DNA of 64,000 bases from positions 25,110,001 through 25,174,000 of the forward strand of contig OZ360229.1 in NCBI GenBank assembly GCA_977017645.1. The letters run 5' to 3'. The notes beneath the pieces are model-generated. The model was given only the letters and a program-made list of their open reading frames with translations, was not told the DNA's origin and did not search any database. This DNA comes from Torpedo marmorata. Taxonomy: Eukaryota. Both the position numbers and the translations under genes were made by a program. Positions within the stretch are counted from its first letter, which is position 1, and each line of letters begins with the position of its first letter. Shown piece by piece: positions 1-13,800 of the stretch.

Positions 1-1174
1 TGTGAATGTTACATGATTCCACCAAAGAACTATATGACCAAAAATTGGCAAGGGGAATTTTGTTGCCAAAATTCCCAGAAAATGTTTTCATCAAAGAAAT
101 TTAAATCCACTTGAACAGGATTTGTTCTTTGACTTGTGGTTGAATATGAAAAGTGATGTCCAATATTACACTGCACAAATGAGATGATCTTGAATTTAGT
201 CATTGAGTACGTCTTTCTAAAATGCTTGATGGAGACAAACTATTTTGAGGTCTCATGAAGCTTCAAATGAATCTTGCTAATTATTCTTAGGTAATCATAT
301 CCTTAGTGCACTTCCTGGTCTGCTTCTCTGGGGTAAATGTTGAGCTCTAATTTATTTTGAATTACCGGGTAACTATCAGTTTCAGAATGCAAGAGCCCAG
401 TAAGCAGACCAGCTAATTTTTGTAGTTTTTGACAAACCTTGGTATAACTTTTGTGGTGTTTGGTTGTGGTTGAATCTGAAAAGTTTTGTGTTGAAAATTA
501 GTTGCAGTCCGCCTCTTCCATGAAAGGTCTTTCAGCTTGTCTGTCAATCTGTTTGTTGAAAGGTGGTAAACTAATCAAGGAGGAGGAAAGCAATATTGTA
601 TTTGCTGGTATCTTATGAAACACAAGCCTGGCAGGGCAGGAAGGGTTGGTTTTCATTATTTTTTTTATTGGTTTGTTCATCTGTGTATTTAAATAGTGTA
701 TTTAAATAGGGCATTTGAATCCCCACCCAGATGCTTGAAATATCTTTCTCAAAATGTCTCCAGCTAGTGCAATTGTGGTTGCCTGAATGGAATTCAAAGG
801 TAAAACAAAGCATCTGGCTGCTGGCAGATGATTAATGCTTCAAAGCTTCAGTGTTATAGAAGCTGAGATAAAGAAGCAGACCATTCCATTTTTGAAATAC
901 TTTCTAAAAGTTCTCGCCTCAGTAGTTCAGTTAATACCTAGTGATCGTAACTTAATGGGGTTGGTGAATTTGCTGGTTTTAGTCTGAATGTTGTGATAGG
1001 GATTAAAATGGGCCTAAAATGGAATTACAAAGCACAGGATATTTTTCATAGATGTGACCACATTTGTGAAGTGATAGTTAATGTCACTGACATTTTTATT
1101 TCAGGTTTTCAGTGTCTGCATTGTTTTTTTAACTTTAAAAATTGGCATCTTCCTGTCAGGGAGCAAAAAAAATG

Positions 1175-1310
1175 TCAGACTCTGGAAAGCTGAATTAAAA
1201 CAACAGGCTGGAAATACTAGTGATGAAGGGCTGCTTGCCTGAAATGTTAATTCTTTTTCTACAGGTGAGGCCTCACCTGATGAGTATCTCCAGCATTTTC
1301 TGTTTTCAAT
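1175..1310. mobile_element. Degenerate fold-back Penelope-derived element with a decayed hammerhead-like core
   Basis: gctggaaatact / agtatctccagc arms around gtgatgaagggctgcttgcctgaaatgt. Confidence 0.55.
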
Positions 1311-1609
1311 AAGAATGAGGAGAATATGAAGTGGTACTGATTCCTTTTCAATAAAGCCTATCCCTGCTGCTTAGTGAGAATATGGTTGAGTTTGTGATCT
1401 TTAGAAAGTACAGGGTAAGCTTCCATATGTCTGTAGTATTTGTACTTGCTTTAATGCTGTATCCATTCACACTCTCTAATTTTGGACAAGATTGTACATC
1501 AGATGTATAGTCTAGGGTGCTTCACAACTGGGAATATTAAACACAATCTATTTGCTTGTCACCAACTGTCAATCTAAATGGATCCCTGTCCCTATTGCCA
1601 TTTGGGCCA

Positions 1610-1850
1610 CAGAATGTTACAGCACAGAAACTGACCTTTTGGCCCATCCTGTCCGCGCCAAATCATTCTGCCTAATCCCTGCACTCAGACCATAGCCCGC
1701 CATGTTCCTTCCATCCATGTTCCTATTCAAATTTCTCTTAAATGTTGAAATTGAACCTGTAGCCACCGCTTCTGCTGGAAGCTTGATCTACACTCTGACC
1801 ACCCACCCTCTTGAGTGAAAAAGTTGCCCCAAGTATTCCCCTTCAACGTT
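1610..1850 (-). mobile_element. CR1 LINE 3' end fragment
   Basis: acagcacagaaac...ttggccc... motif similar to the CR1 3' ends at 18691, 35905 and 44320. Confidence 0.6.
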
Positions 1851-2210
1851 AATTTAAAGATCCTTCTTTTTTTTTTAGTTCCATCATGATCCCATACAAA
1901 CATCTTTCTTGAGCTTTCTCCAGTCCTAAAGTCTGTGTTTCCTGCACCCTCTACTATCCTTCCATGTTTTAGCTGTCTTCAGGCTCTGGCTTTCTGTACA
2001 TGGATGGAAAAACTAGTCTGTTTGTGCCTTTTGAATTCCCTGTTTAATCTTGGTTGTTTTTTTCTATCTTTTCCACGTCTTCTGTTCCATTTCAGATATG
2101 TCATTGATACCTTGGATTACGTTGGTTAGTCACTAAAGGGAGAATTTCTCACTTTTATGTGTTGCAGAAGAACTTGTGGAGCCCAATATGTATCCATATA
2201 ATAGCATAAT

Positions 2211-2364
2211 AGTTAAACTAGAAAGTCTGCAGATTCTGGGGTCGAGTGCAATACACAAATGTGCTGGAGAAACTGCAGCATCCATAGAAAAGTAAAGGTT
2301 AACCAACATTCGGGCCCCTTTACGTCCTCTGGATGCTGAGTTTCTCCAGCACGTTTGTGTATTG
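2211..2364. mobile_element. Short fold-back Penelope-derived element
   Basis: Inverted arms (caatacacaaatgtgctggagaaact / agtttctccagcacgtttgtgtattg). 12-bp TSD TAATAGCATAAT at 2199-2210 and 2365-2376. Confidence 0.75.
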
Positions 2365-4076
2365 TAATAGCATAATCATGATATTCTTTGGTTGTCTGAT
2401 TTGCATCTATTCCAGTCCAACATGAGAAAAACAAAGTGTGAATTGTTCACTTAAAGCCAAGTGATCACAACTAGTTTGCAGTATAATGCAAAATACTCAA
2501 GTAAATTATTTTTCAAACCATTAAAATCCTTATCAAAAATATTTCCATCTTCCTCTAGCCATAAATTCTCTTTGACCTCCCTCGTCCCCACCACACCCAA
2601 GTTTAATTTTTCTTTTGACTAAGTTTCTATTTAAAATTTGACTGACCTCCACATTCACAGGATCTAAGTGGGATCTGTTTTGTTCTTTTCCTGTCCCATG
2701 ACAAGTCACTTTATTTATGATTCATTCTTTGCAAAATATTACTTATTGGGCCTCTTGCCATCTTTCCCCATACTACTCCTTTTATGCTTCCAAACCACTC
2801 ATTTTTGCTTCCAGCGTGAAGTTCAACATGAAGTTTACCTTTCTCAGAGTACTGTACCCAAGGTGAGGTATTGATTGTTAATCATAGATGGTAGCTTCCT
2901 ATAAGCGTATTCTGAAGGTGCAAGCTGTTGTAACATTTTGTTTCTGAGGCAGTATATATTTTGTTATATGGAGTTTCATGCACTTCTTTAGATTAAGCAA
3001 TTTCATGTAAGTTGATGAAGCTCGCCCACGCTGCAAGAATTCACTGGGGTTGTGTCAGATGACTGATTTTTAGTGCCCATCTTTGTTATGCTTTTAAAGA
3101 AGAAATGGGGGGAAATCGCTGATGCCTCTTCCTAGTTAGATATCTGAATGTGATAAGAGTGGGATAGTGCAAGAACATCTTTGAAGGATGGTTACAGGTG
3201 CCATTTTTTCTTAACTGTCTAATGATATCATTTGGCAAGTTGTTTGTACAATCAGTTGATAGCTGGAAAACCCGTCCAAATAAAGTACGAGTTCCATCTT
3301 GCTAAAAGTGATGTAATGGCTCATCCTTTTGTGTTTTCAACTTTCCAAAGAATGCTTCTTGGGAGTTGTTACAGCAGAATTAAATAATAAACTGTGGCAT
3401 TTCTCCTTTATGCTCTCGTAATTATAATACAGTATAAATGTGCATATACTTTGGGCGTCAGTGATTAGAATAAAGATTACTTTTATGTGCTTCCATGGAG
3501 ATGCTTGTAGTTCATTGCTTTGCTGAATCCGAACTGGATCGAAGTACTTCAAAGCTGTATTACAGAGGGAAAATTATAATCGGTCTGGCTTGATGAAGAG
3601 TCATCCATTCATTGTTTTACCATTTTCTAATTTTGACTCGTTTGTTTCTGTTTGCTGTTTACCTTGTAGCTACCGGTAGTTCTGAGATCTTGAGGTGTGT
3701 AGAGTGAAGGAAGGATTTCACAAGCTTATTAAAAAATTTTACTTGTGTTTGTGAGGGATATTACTGCAAAGGAATGGTGGGAGCAGCCAGTATTTCCAGG
3801 TTACCAGGCCATAAGCAAAACTGAAGTTTCTTCGACCCATGTACCTTACCTTGAGCAATGTCATGTGCTGGTAGTACTTCCAACTTAAGAACTGTCATCC
3901 TGCTGTTAGACTAATATTGAAACTCTTCAGTTTCGAAATGTTTTGTGCTGGATTTGGATATTCAAACTAGCATTCACAAAAAGTGGAATGTTATCAAAGA
4001 ATCTTTAATCCATCAATTTGTGCAAAGCTTCACTCTTTCTGCCCTTAGTGACCAGCATTAATATGTAGAATTTCCT

Positions 4077-6459
4077 TTTTTTTAAAATAATTTTATTTAG
4101 TTTTTAAAATCACAAAATACATAATCAAAAATAGTATATTATTCAAAATACATGTGATACATTTACCACCCCCCCTCCCTCCCTTCCCCAACCCTCCCAC
4201 ACTATTCTAATAAAAAAAAAGAAAAATAAGAATATATAAAAATGTTAGTTAAAAGAAAAGAAATAGAATGAGAAATAAAGTTAAGAGAGTTAGTATGAGG
4301 AGAAAACTATTTCATACTAACTCTATTTATATATTGGAGGTTACTTTTGTCAGCGGTACTAACTTTTAGAGAATTAATTCATACCCATAATTCTCATGTA
4401 TGGGCTCCAAATTTTCAAAAAGAAATGATATTTGTCTCTTAAGTTATACGTAATTTTTTCCAGTGGAACACAAGAACGTAACTCTGCATGTAATCTATCT
4501 AAATTCAAATCTAAGTCTGATTTCCAAGTAATAGCAATACATTTTTTTGAAATTGCTAACACGATTCGTAAAAATTCTATTTGGTACATATTTAATCTAT
4601 TTCTAATACTAATTTTTTTAATATCTCCAAACAAAAATATCATAGGATCCATTGGAATCGTAATATTAAAAATTCTATCTAAAAAATCTTTGACTTTAGA
4701 CCAAAAATTTTTAATTTTCAAACATGACCATGTACAATGTACAAAAGAACCTATTTCATCTTTACATCTAAAACACATATCTGACAATGCCGGATTGAAT
4801 TTCTTTAATTTTTTGGGTGTTATATATAATTGATGAAAAAAGTTATACTGTACTAATCTATATCTAACATTAATAATCTTAGTCATACTCAATTTACACA
4901 ATTCTTTCCAATGTTGTTCATCTATACTAGTATTTAGATCTAATTCCCAATTTAATCTAGATTTATGCAGTCCTACTTTAGGTATCTTTTTCTGAAATAA
5001 TTTATACATTTGCGATATAAATTTATTAACATTTCCATTAGTAATTAATAACTCTAACCCATCCTGTCTAGGAGATATTAATTGATTCCCTAATTTCTCA
5101 ACTAAAAATCCTTTAACTTGATAATAAGCCAAAATTGTATTATCCACTATTCCAAATTTTTCTTTCAATCTAGAAAAAGTAACAAATCTTCCTGCCTCAA
5201 AACAATCTTTAATCTTCTTCTTAATTCCTTTTTGATACCATAATTTTAAAAATTGATTATCCATAGAAAATGGTAGTAATAAATTCTGATATAATGGCAT
5301 ATTTAAAGAAATTAATCCTTTTCGCCCTATTTCATTATCTAATTGATTCCAAATCTCTAATAAATGTCTAATAATCGGTGACTTTTTCTTTTTAATCAAT
5401 AATAATTTAGAATTCCATTTATAAATAATATCTTCCTTATTTCTTTCTCCTATATTACTTAATTCTATATTAATCCAAGCCGTATTTTTAGTTAAATCAA
5501 ATAGTTCATTTATAAATTTTAATTGTGCTGCCTTATAATAATATTGAAAATTAGGAAGTTGTAATCCACCCATTTCATATTCCCAAGTTAATTTATCCAT
5601 ACTTACTCTTGCCAATTTTCCTTTCCATAAAAACTTTCTAATAATATTTTTTAAATCTTTAAAAAATTTTTGAGGAATACCAAAAGGTATAGATTGAAAA
5701 AGATATTGAACTCTTGGAAAAATATTCATTTTAATACAATTCACTCTTCCCATTAAAGTTATAGGTAAATCTTTCCAATTATCCAAATCCTTCTTTATTT
5801 TCTGAAATAAAGGTATGTAATTTAATTTATATAAATTTTCTAACTTTGTATCCACTTTAACTCCCAAATATTTAATAGCTTCTTTAGCCCATTTAAATTT
5901 TGTAACTTCTTTACATTTAGTATAGTCTCCTTGAGATAAAGCCATTATCTCACTTTTATCCGAATTTATTTTATATCCAGATATTTCACCATAATCCCTC
6001 AATATTTTATCTAATTGTTGAAGTGATTCAATAGACTTTGTCATATATATTAATACATCATCTGCAAACAAACTAATTTTATGCTCTTCTGCACCTACTT
6101 TTATCCCATTTATATTCATATCTTTCCTAATCATTTCCGCCAACGGTTCTATTGCCAATACAAATAAAGCAGGTGACAATGGACATCCTTGTCTTGTTGA
6201 CCGTGTCAAAGAAAATTTAGATGATATTTGACCATTTGTAATTACTTTAGCTGTAGGTTCCTTATATATAGTTTTAATCCAATTTATAAACGTGTTTCCA
6301 AATCCATATTTCTCTAAAACCTTAAATAAAAACTTCCACTCTAATCTATCAAACGCTTTTTCTGCATCTAATGCTATCACTAACGGTAAATCCTGTTTCT
6401 TTTTTTGTAAATTAATCAAACTTATTAATCTTGCTATATTATCCTTTGAATATCTATTT
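4077..6459 (-). mobile_element. 5'-truncated L1-clade LINE with uninterrupted RT and C-terminal Cys/His region; young insertion
   Basis: ORF 4374-6515 contains LDAEKAFDRLEW, RQGCPLSP, LFADD, YLG and CxxC..H...C. A-tail on the minus strand at ~4076-4083. Perfect 16-bp TSD ATATGTAGAATTTCCT at 4061-4076 and 6460-6475. Confidence 0.92.
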
Positions 6460-6978
6460 ATATGTAGAATTTCCTGATGTAATTGTATATGCAATGTTTT
6501 TGGAATTGTCATCAAAATGACTGGGATGTGGAAGGCAGATTGTGTGAAAGCTGGAGAAAATGCAAGGTAACATAAACCCAGGAATCCTAAATTTGTGATT
6601 TTATTCTAATTCTTGCATTTTTTTTTATACATAGCTCTTAAGTTCCATATTTTGGAATCTTCAGCCAAAAATGCCTTGTATCAAGCAATTCCCAGTCACA
6701 ACTGCAGTAGAGTTTTATAATCATGGGGCAGTACTGTACCCTGCAGTTATGGCCCTGAGATCCCGTTGGATGTTTCTTTCTATTTCTAGTTGTAGTGATG
6801 TTTAAATTGGTGTGATAACTTTGTAGTTATATCAGTGATATTGTGAAGATTCCAGTGAAAGCTTTACATATTTCTGCTGTTTTCTAGCAATTAAACTGAA
6901 TTTTTAAATGTTACTTTTATTCTTAAAAGTACTCATTCTGTGTAACGTCTTTCATTCCTGAATATTTTTGTTTTACAG

Positions 6979-8541
6979 AACAATACCTATACTGCCATGT
7001 CTGACTCCTACCTACCAAGTTACTATAGCCCATCCATAGGGTTCCAGTATTCATTGAGTGAAGCTGCTTGGTCTACAGCAGGGGATCCACCTATGCCCTA
7101 TCTGACATCGTATGGACAGCTCAGTAATGGAGAGCATCATTTTCTACCTGATGCTATGTTTGGACAGCCAGGGACTTTGGGGAATACTCCTTTCTTGAGC
7201 CAGCACGGGTTTAACTTCTTTCCTAGTGGTGTGGACTTCTCAGCTTGGGGGACCAACAGTTCTCAGGGACAGTCCACTCAAAGCTCAGGCTATAGCCCCA
7301 GCAGCTATGCCTATCCTCCTAGCTCTCTGGGCGGAGCTATGATGGATGGACAGTCAACTTTTGCCAACGACACACTGAATAAAGCACCAGGTATGAACAG
7401 TATTGACCAAGGAATGGCAGGACTGAAAATAAGTGGTGGTGAGGTCGCTAGTAATGTATCTAAAATGGTAGGTTCTGCTGTTGGGAGCAATCCTATATCG
7501 ACTATTTCAAATAATGCGATACCTTCTAATCCCATGCCACCAACTACAATTGCTCCCCCCAAGCCAGCTTCATGGGCGGACATTGCAAGCAAGCCTGCAA
7601 AACCCCAACCCAAGAAAGCAAAAGGTGGGTCCAGTGGGCCATCTCTTCCACCACCTCCAATTAAACATAATATGGACATTGGTACCTGGGATAACAAAGG
7701 GACGGTGGCCAAAACCGCTCCTCAGCCATCAACTCAAGCCAGTGGCCAGCAACAAGGCCAGCCGCCTCCACTGCCGGTGAACCAACAGGTGGTCAATATG
7801 CAGCCTCAGCAAGTATCCTCGGGCCAACAGCAGCAAGTGGCCCCGCAGCCAGTGCAGCAGCCACAGCCAAATCGCTGGATTGCACCCCGCAACCGTGCAG
7901 CCGGCTTTGGCCAAAATGGAGTGGATGCTGGAGGAATTGGGCTGGCACATGGGAATTCAAATTCTGCCTCTGTGGAAGCACACCCAGTTTTGGAGAAATT
8001 GCGTTCTGTCAACAACTACAATCCCAAGGATTTTGACTGGAACCCCAAACATGGACGAGTTTTTATCATTAAGAGCTACTCTGAGGATGACATCCATCGT
8101 TCTATTAAATATTCCATTTGGTGTAGTACAGAACATGGCAACAAGAGACTGGATGCAGCCTACCGTACCATGAACGGCAAAGGCCCTGTGTACCTCTTGT
8201 TTAGTGTCAATGGGAGTGGTCACTTTTGTGGTGTTGCCGAGATGAAGTCGACTGTAGACTACAACACTTGTGCTGGGGTGTGGTCTCAGGACAAGTGGAA
8301 GGGACGGTTTGACGTCAGGTGGATATTTGTGAAGGACGTGCCCAATAGTCAACTGCGGCACATTCGCCTGGAAAACAATGAAAATAAACCTGTCACCAAC
8401 TCCCGAGACACTCAGGAGGTGCCCTTGGAAAAGGCCAAGCAGGTTCTGAAAATTATTGCCAGTTACAAGCATACGACCTCCATCTTTGATGACTTTTCTC
8501 ATTACGAAAAACGTCAAGAGGAGGAGGAGTGTGTTAAAAAG
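6979..8541 (+). CDS. YTHDF2: YTHDF2 large internal (penultimate) coding exon: low-complexity P/Q/S region plus the complete YTH m6A-binding domain
   Basis: Acceptor ttttgttttacag|AAC at 6978/6979 in phase 0 ([22 protein letters not shown]...). Donor AAG|gttggt at 8541/8542. The translation closely follows human YTHDF2 ([70 protein letters not shown]). The aromatic-cage Trp residues are present. Confidence 0.97.
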
Positions 8542-10514
8542 GTTGGTCATACTAAAAAATGTTAATTGGAAAGTTGTAATATGGTGAAAACTGTCAACTT
8601 TTGAAAGTTGATTGAAGTTTTTGAGTATTACCTGTTAAGTTTTTTTATATGCATATAAAATCTGTTAACTTAAAACCGGGTAATCCTAATTTTGTCTGGA
8701 TTTGATAGCATAAATATCACTAGATTTTCAGAAAATGTTGAGGGATGTGAAATGTTCAGTGTACTCTTGCACTGTAACCCCTCACCCTGTGATTATCAAC
8801 CTTTTAGATTTTGTCCTTCTCAGCTTGGTTAGAGTCTGGAAAATATTTTGAGTTGTATTGCAATAGGATGAAGCATTGAAAATTTCAGGTGATTAATTCA
8901 GGGTGTCGCACAAGTATATCATAAAATAAAAGTGTATTGGCTCAAATGTGATTTCTCTTTTCACTTCTGGGTTGAAAAATAAAACTTGTACTGACAGCAT
9001 TGGCCACATTGATCTGAGCATGAATGTAGCTACTTGTATGGTTGAAGGAATTATATGGTAAATTGGAAAAATTAGTGCCGCCACTGAACAAGCATGGTGA
9101 TAATTACCCATAATTCTTTCCAAACCCATACTTTCATTTTGATCTGTCAACATCTGTAGAAAAAAAAACTCAACACTGTACATCAGTTTGCAGTGGAAAT
9201 TAATAAGAAACAATTCTGAGTCCCCCCCCCAATCCAAAAGTGATCATCTATTTTCATTGTGTGTTATGGTGATAGGTGAATGAAGTGGAGTGTTAAATTT
9301 TTCATTTTAATGGGCTTCATAATAACCACAAAAGAAAGCCAAACATAGATATCTGGAGTTGTTGATTAACAGCAGATAATTGCACCATTACATGTCAGAC
9401 ATTATTGTTTTATATCAAATTAACAATAGAAAACGGCATATCAAATAATGTACAGTATACTACACTGAGCAAGACAGCCCATTTGATTTTTAGATTTCAG
9501 CATCTCTGTCATTCAGGCATAGTGGCTACAATAGTTATCTGAAGATTGTATAGTGCCTCTCAACCTTGTATCATTTGGAAGATCAAGGGAACGGGTTGAT
9601 GGAAACATGGGTATCCCTCACCATCTAAGTTGGACATCTACAAACATTTATTGGTGGTCAAATTTCTTGAACTCAATTATTTGAATAGTTTGTAGACCAC
9701 CAAGCACTGAAGGGCAGCTAGAGATTTACTTGCAAATGGGTATATAATTAGTGAACAATTAACCTCCAGTGGGCTACAATAGATCAGAATTCTTCTCAAA
9801 ATGTAAGTATGACCAATTTGAAGTTCAGGATCCAGCATGGTTATCAGAAATTACAAATTAAGCTCCAACTTTCTAAATTGTAGGTAGGTGAACAGATTTT
9901 CAGCTCAAAATATTTAAATCTTCAAAAATTGTTTTACTCAATTTCCAATAACTACAAAATATAATTATTTTGGAATATACATTTAATCTTGATAATCAGA
10001 ATAGATGAAAAGTAAATATTGAGGCTAGCTCCTTTCTTCCACCTGATCTGACTAGAAAAGTTGGCCTGTGCCTATTGAATTGATGTTGATTTCTGCTGTA
10101 GAATCACTTATTCTCTAGCTGGGCAATTGTTACAAAAATGTGCTGGTCACTTTCAGATTAAAATTTGTATTAATCTACCTGTAGTTTGAAACGTGTTGTT
10201 GGTAAATGATTTGTCAAGCTTAGATATTGCATGCTGCTCTTCCAAAGTTAGGGGCAAAAAGGGTGGGAACTTTTATGAATCCTCTATTTGATGGTGGCCA
10301 AAGGTTGTGTGTTGGTCCAAGGCTTGAGCGCACAGTTTTGGCTGTCATTTAGGGTTGGGACTAAGAGTGTTGCATTGGAAATGATAGTCCTTAGAGCAAT
10401 AAGTTAAACCTTGAGATTGTGTTTTGTAATTGGCTTTGAGAAACAGTGCCCCAGTTGATTTCTAGGAAATTTTCACTTGGTGTTAGTAAAAGCTTGGTAA
10501 CAAATTAATGAGTA

Positions 10515-10945
10515 TTCATAGAATCACATAGCACAGAAGGGAGACCCTGCTTGTCAGTGCTTGCCTGCATTCAAGCTGCATCCCTTTCCTACGCAAGTAT
10601 CTATCCAAAGTTTTTTAAACTTTCTACTTTTATTTGCCACCAGATAACCATGACCTTCTGTGTGGAAAAACCTACCTGTGTGATCTTTAAATTTCTTCTC
10701 TCTTCCCCTTGAACCTGTGCTCTCTCGTTCTAAAATTCCCAACTAGGGTTGGGGTGGTCTGAGACTATCTATGCCCCTTATAATTTTATAAATCTCTATC
10801 AGGTCTCCTCTCATTCTGCAGTGAGAATAAACCCAACCTATCCAATCCTTCCTCATAACTGCAGCCCTCCTGGTGAATCTCTTCTACACTCTTTTGCTAC
10901 CAAATCCTTTCTATATTGAGGCAACAAGAACTTTGCACAAATATT
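10515..10945 (-). mobile_element. Degenerate CR1 3' fragment
   Basis: Similar to the other CR1 3' ends (ctatctatgcccc..taattttata..ctctatcaggtc). Confidence 0.6.
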
Positions 10946-11104
10946 TTGTAAGATGGGTTGAAGGTGTGAGACCTTGTATAAATACAAGTTCTTAATGGTC
11001 AGGATTTCTATTTAGCCATGATGCCAATATGCACGAACAAGCTATAGCTGTGCTGGATATTATTGGTAAGGTTTGGCTGCTGCAGCAAGTGAGGTTAGAG
11101 CAAG

Positions 11105-11400
11105 CTGGACAGTAATGTAGCTTGTAGAGATGCTGTCATGTAGCTCCAGGGACTTAGGTTCAATCTTGATTTCAAGTGCTCTTTATGTGGGGTTTACACA
11201 ATGTCCCTGTTACCACATGGGTTTCTTCTGGACACTTTGGTTTCCTCCCACATTCCAAAGGCATGCATGTTGGTTATTTAATCAGCAGTATGACTGGTAA
11301 AATATCTTGGGGGGGGGAGAGGGTTGTGTGTGGTTGATGGGGATGAGGGATTAGAGTAGATGGTGCGTCAACGGGTCTAATTCCATGCTGTTGTGACTCT
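11105..11400 (+). mobile_element. Degenerate tRNA-derived V-SINE
   Basis: B-box-like ggttcaatc and V-domain-like tgggtttc...ggtttcctcccacattccaaag. Confidence 0.6.
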
Positions 11401-11418
11401 GATTGTATAATGTGGTAT

Positions 11419-12221
11419 TAGAATCAGAATCTATTGTCATGAACAAGTCATGAAATTCGGTGTTTTGCGGCAGCATCATAGTGCAATTAAAATTCATATT
11501 AACCATCTAACGACATTACTATAAAAAATTATAAACAATAGTGCACGAAAAGTAAGGCAGTGTCTTTGGTTCATTGATTATTCAGGAATCTGATGGCAGC
11601 GGGGAAGAAGCTGTCCTTGTGCCGTTGAGTGCTCGTCTTTAGGCTCCTGTACCTTTTTCCCGATGGAAGCAGAGTGAAGAGGGCATGGCCTGTGTGGTGG
11701 GGGTCCTTGAGGATAGAGGCTGCTTTTTTAAGACACCGCCTCATGTAGATGTCCTCGATGGAGTGAAGTTTGGTGCCTGTGATGTCACAGGCCGAGTTAA
11801 CAACCTTCTGGAGTTTACTCTTGTCCTGGGAGTTGGCGCCTCCATACCAGGCAGTGATGCAACCAGCCAGAATGCTCTCCACGGTACACCTGTAGAGGTT
11901 TACGAGAGTCTTTGGTGACATACCGAATCTCCGCAGACACCTCACAAAGTATAGCCGCTGACGAGCCGCCTTTGTGATAGCATCAACGTGGATGCTCCAG
12001 GACAGATCCTCGGAGATGTTGACACCCAGGAATTTGAAGTTCTTGACCCTCTCCACAACTGAGCCCTCGATGAGGACTGGGTCGTGTTCCCCTGACTTCC
12101 TCCTGAAGTCCACAATCATCTCCTTGGTTTTGCTGACGTTGAGCTCAAGGTTGTTGCCATTACACCATTCAATGAGCTGATCTGTCTCCCTCCTGTACAC
12201 TTCCTCATTGCCGTTTGTGAT
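11419..12221 (-). mobile_element. Rex1/Babar LINE 3' fragment
   Basis: ORF 11571-12200 (ELNVSKTKEMIVDFRR, FKFLG, ARQRLYFVRCLRRFG) is near-identical to 30479-31280. Confidence 0.9.
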
Positions 12222-12687
12222 GAAGCAGAGAAATTGAATAGTATGGATATATTTAATGGGAAGCTGGGTGAGAACATGAAGAAATGAAATGTGAGGATTA
12301 GATTGTACTAAGAGTATGACACTGACACACCGGTTGAACCAAGTACCCGGTATACAATAAATTGTGCATCAGTCCAAGCTAAATCAATATAAAAGGTAAC
12401 ATTTTGTTCAGTGTCTTGATGTGCTACACTGATGTCTAGATTAAAACAGTTTGAATTAAATGGTTTGAATTGCTAAGCTAAGTAAGATACTTCAGCCTAA
12501 AATGGTTGATTAAAAGCTTTGCTCAACCCAATAAATTTATTGATGTTGTTTTTAAGACAGCGTTTAATATTATATTGGGGATGGGTGATATCTATGTTTG
12601 TTTTTCATTGGTTCACTTTTTTTTACAGATTTGTTCTAATTAAGGGATTTATGACTGGACAGGCAGTGGCAGTTTTAAGATTAAAAA

Positions 12688-12896
12688 GTAAAAATGCAAT
12701 GCTGGAGAAACTCAGCTGGTCAAATGGTGTACTTTATGTAGCAAAGATCAAGGTAAGTGATGAAAGGCTCAAGCCCGAAACATTGGTGATGTATCTTTAT
12801 CTTTGCGATTATAAAGTACACTGTTTGACCCGCTGAGTTTCTCCAGCATTGTGTTTTTAACTTCACCCACTGCGTCTACAGACTTTCATGTTTTGC
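12688..12896. mobile_element. Fold-back Penelope-derived element with a sense-strand degenerate hammerhead core
   Basis: Arms aatgctggagaaactcagc.ggtcaaa / tttgacc.gctgagtttctccagcatt. Loop contains gtgatgaaaggctcaagcccgaaacatt. Imperfect TSD ggcagttt(t)aagat.aaaa on both sides. Confidence 0.8.
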
Positions 12897-13082
12897 GGCA
12901 GTTTAAGATGAAAATATTTGCTATTGAGTTGTTTAAGAATGGCATGCTATCCCTTTTTACACTTGTAAATGCAGTGCATTACAAATGGAATGTAATCTAA
13001 AACTGATACTTTGCATGTCAGCATATAGCTGTCGTCCAACTTGTGTTCCCATCTGAGAGCTGTTTTCTGTGCAATCCAACTA

Positions 13083-13281
13083 CAGTAAAACCCCTTTTAT
13101 CTCGACACTGGCAAAAAAAATCGCGGAAAATAAATAGGTTAAAAAAAATATGGAAGTTTAAAATTTGCACACCTCGCCATCAGTTCGCCAATCACGCAAC
13201 ATGCAATCTCAAGCAACAAGAAAATTCACTTATCCGGCATCGACCAATCCCCACAGGTGCCGGATACCAGGGGTTTTACTG
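13083..13281. mobile_element. pogo/Tigger-like (Tc1/mariner superfamily) MITE
   Basis: TIR CAGTAAAACCCCT ... AGGGGTTTTACTG with TA on both sides. Confidence 0.85.
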
Positions 13282-13289
13282 TATTATGT

Positions 13290-13800
13290 TTTCAGACCTA
13301 TCTACATTCAGGTCATTCCTCAGCCTCTTCACAGGAAAAACAAATCCATTCTCCTTGTAACCATAACGATCCAATCCAGCCACCATCCTGTTGAGCCTCC
13401 ACACATCACAATTGCATCCTTTCTATTATATGGAAACCAAAACTTTATATGTGGCTGAACTAATCTTTTATAAGGCTGTAACATGAAATCCCTGCTCTTC
13501 TATTTTATGCCAAGGCTAATGAAGGCAGTTATCCCATATGCCTCCTTTTCTACCTGGTAATTTCAGGGATCTTTGGACTTGAAACCCAAGATCCCTCTTC
13601 ATCAATGCTCGATGGCACCCTGCAATTTAGTTTGTGCATCATACCCTTGATTGCTTATCCAAAAGCATCCCCTTGTATTTGTCAGGATTAAATTCTATTT
13701 ATTATTGCTTCGCCCAACTTTCTAGCTAAACTGTATCACGTTTTAACAATCTTCCTTGCTATCTACAACAGTTTTCATATTATCTGCAAACTTATACCTC
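13290..13800 (-). mobile_element. Old CR1 fragment
   Basis: Degenerate similarity to the CR1 RT/3' region (ctaatgaaggca..atcccatatgcct). Confidence 0.5.

Noticed and set aside
1-4060. Upstream YTHDF2 exons
   Set aside because: No sequence encoding the N-terminal ~44 residues was found by eye, so they are presumed to lie before the window.
7311-8550. Several overlapping and antisense ORFs (up to 197 aa)
   Set aside because: They are shadows of the YTHDF2 coding exon with no recognisable domain.
6997-8565. 522-aa ORF as a complete intronless gene or retrocopy
   Set aside because: Homology extends upstream of the ATG to a splice acceptor, and the true C-terminus is in a separate exon at 34282.
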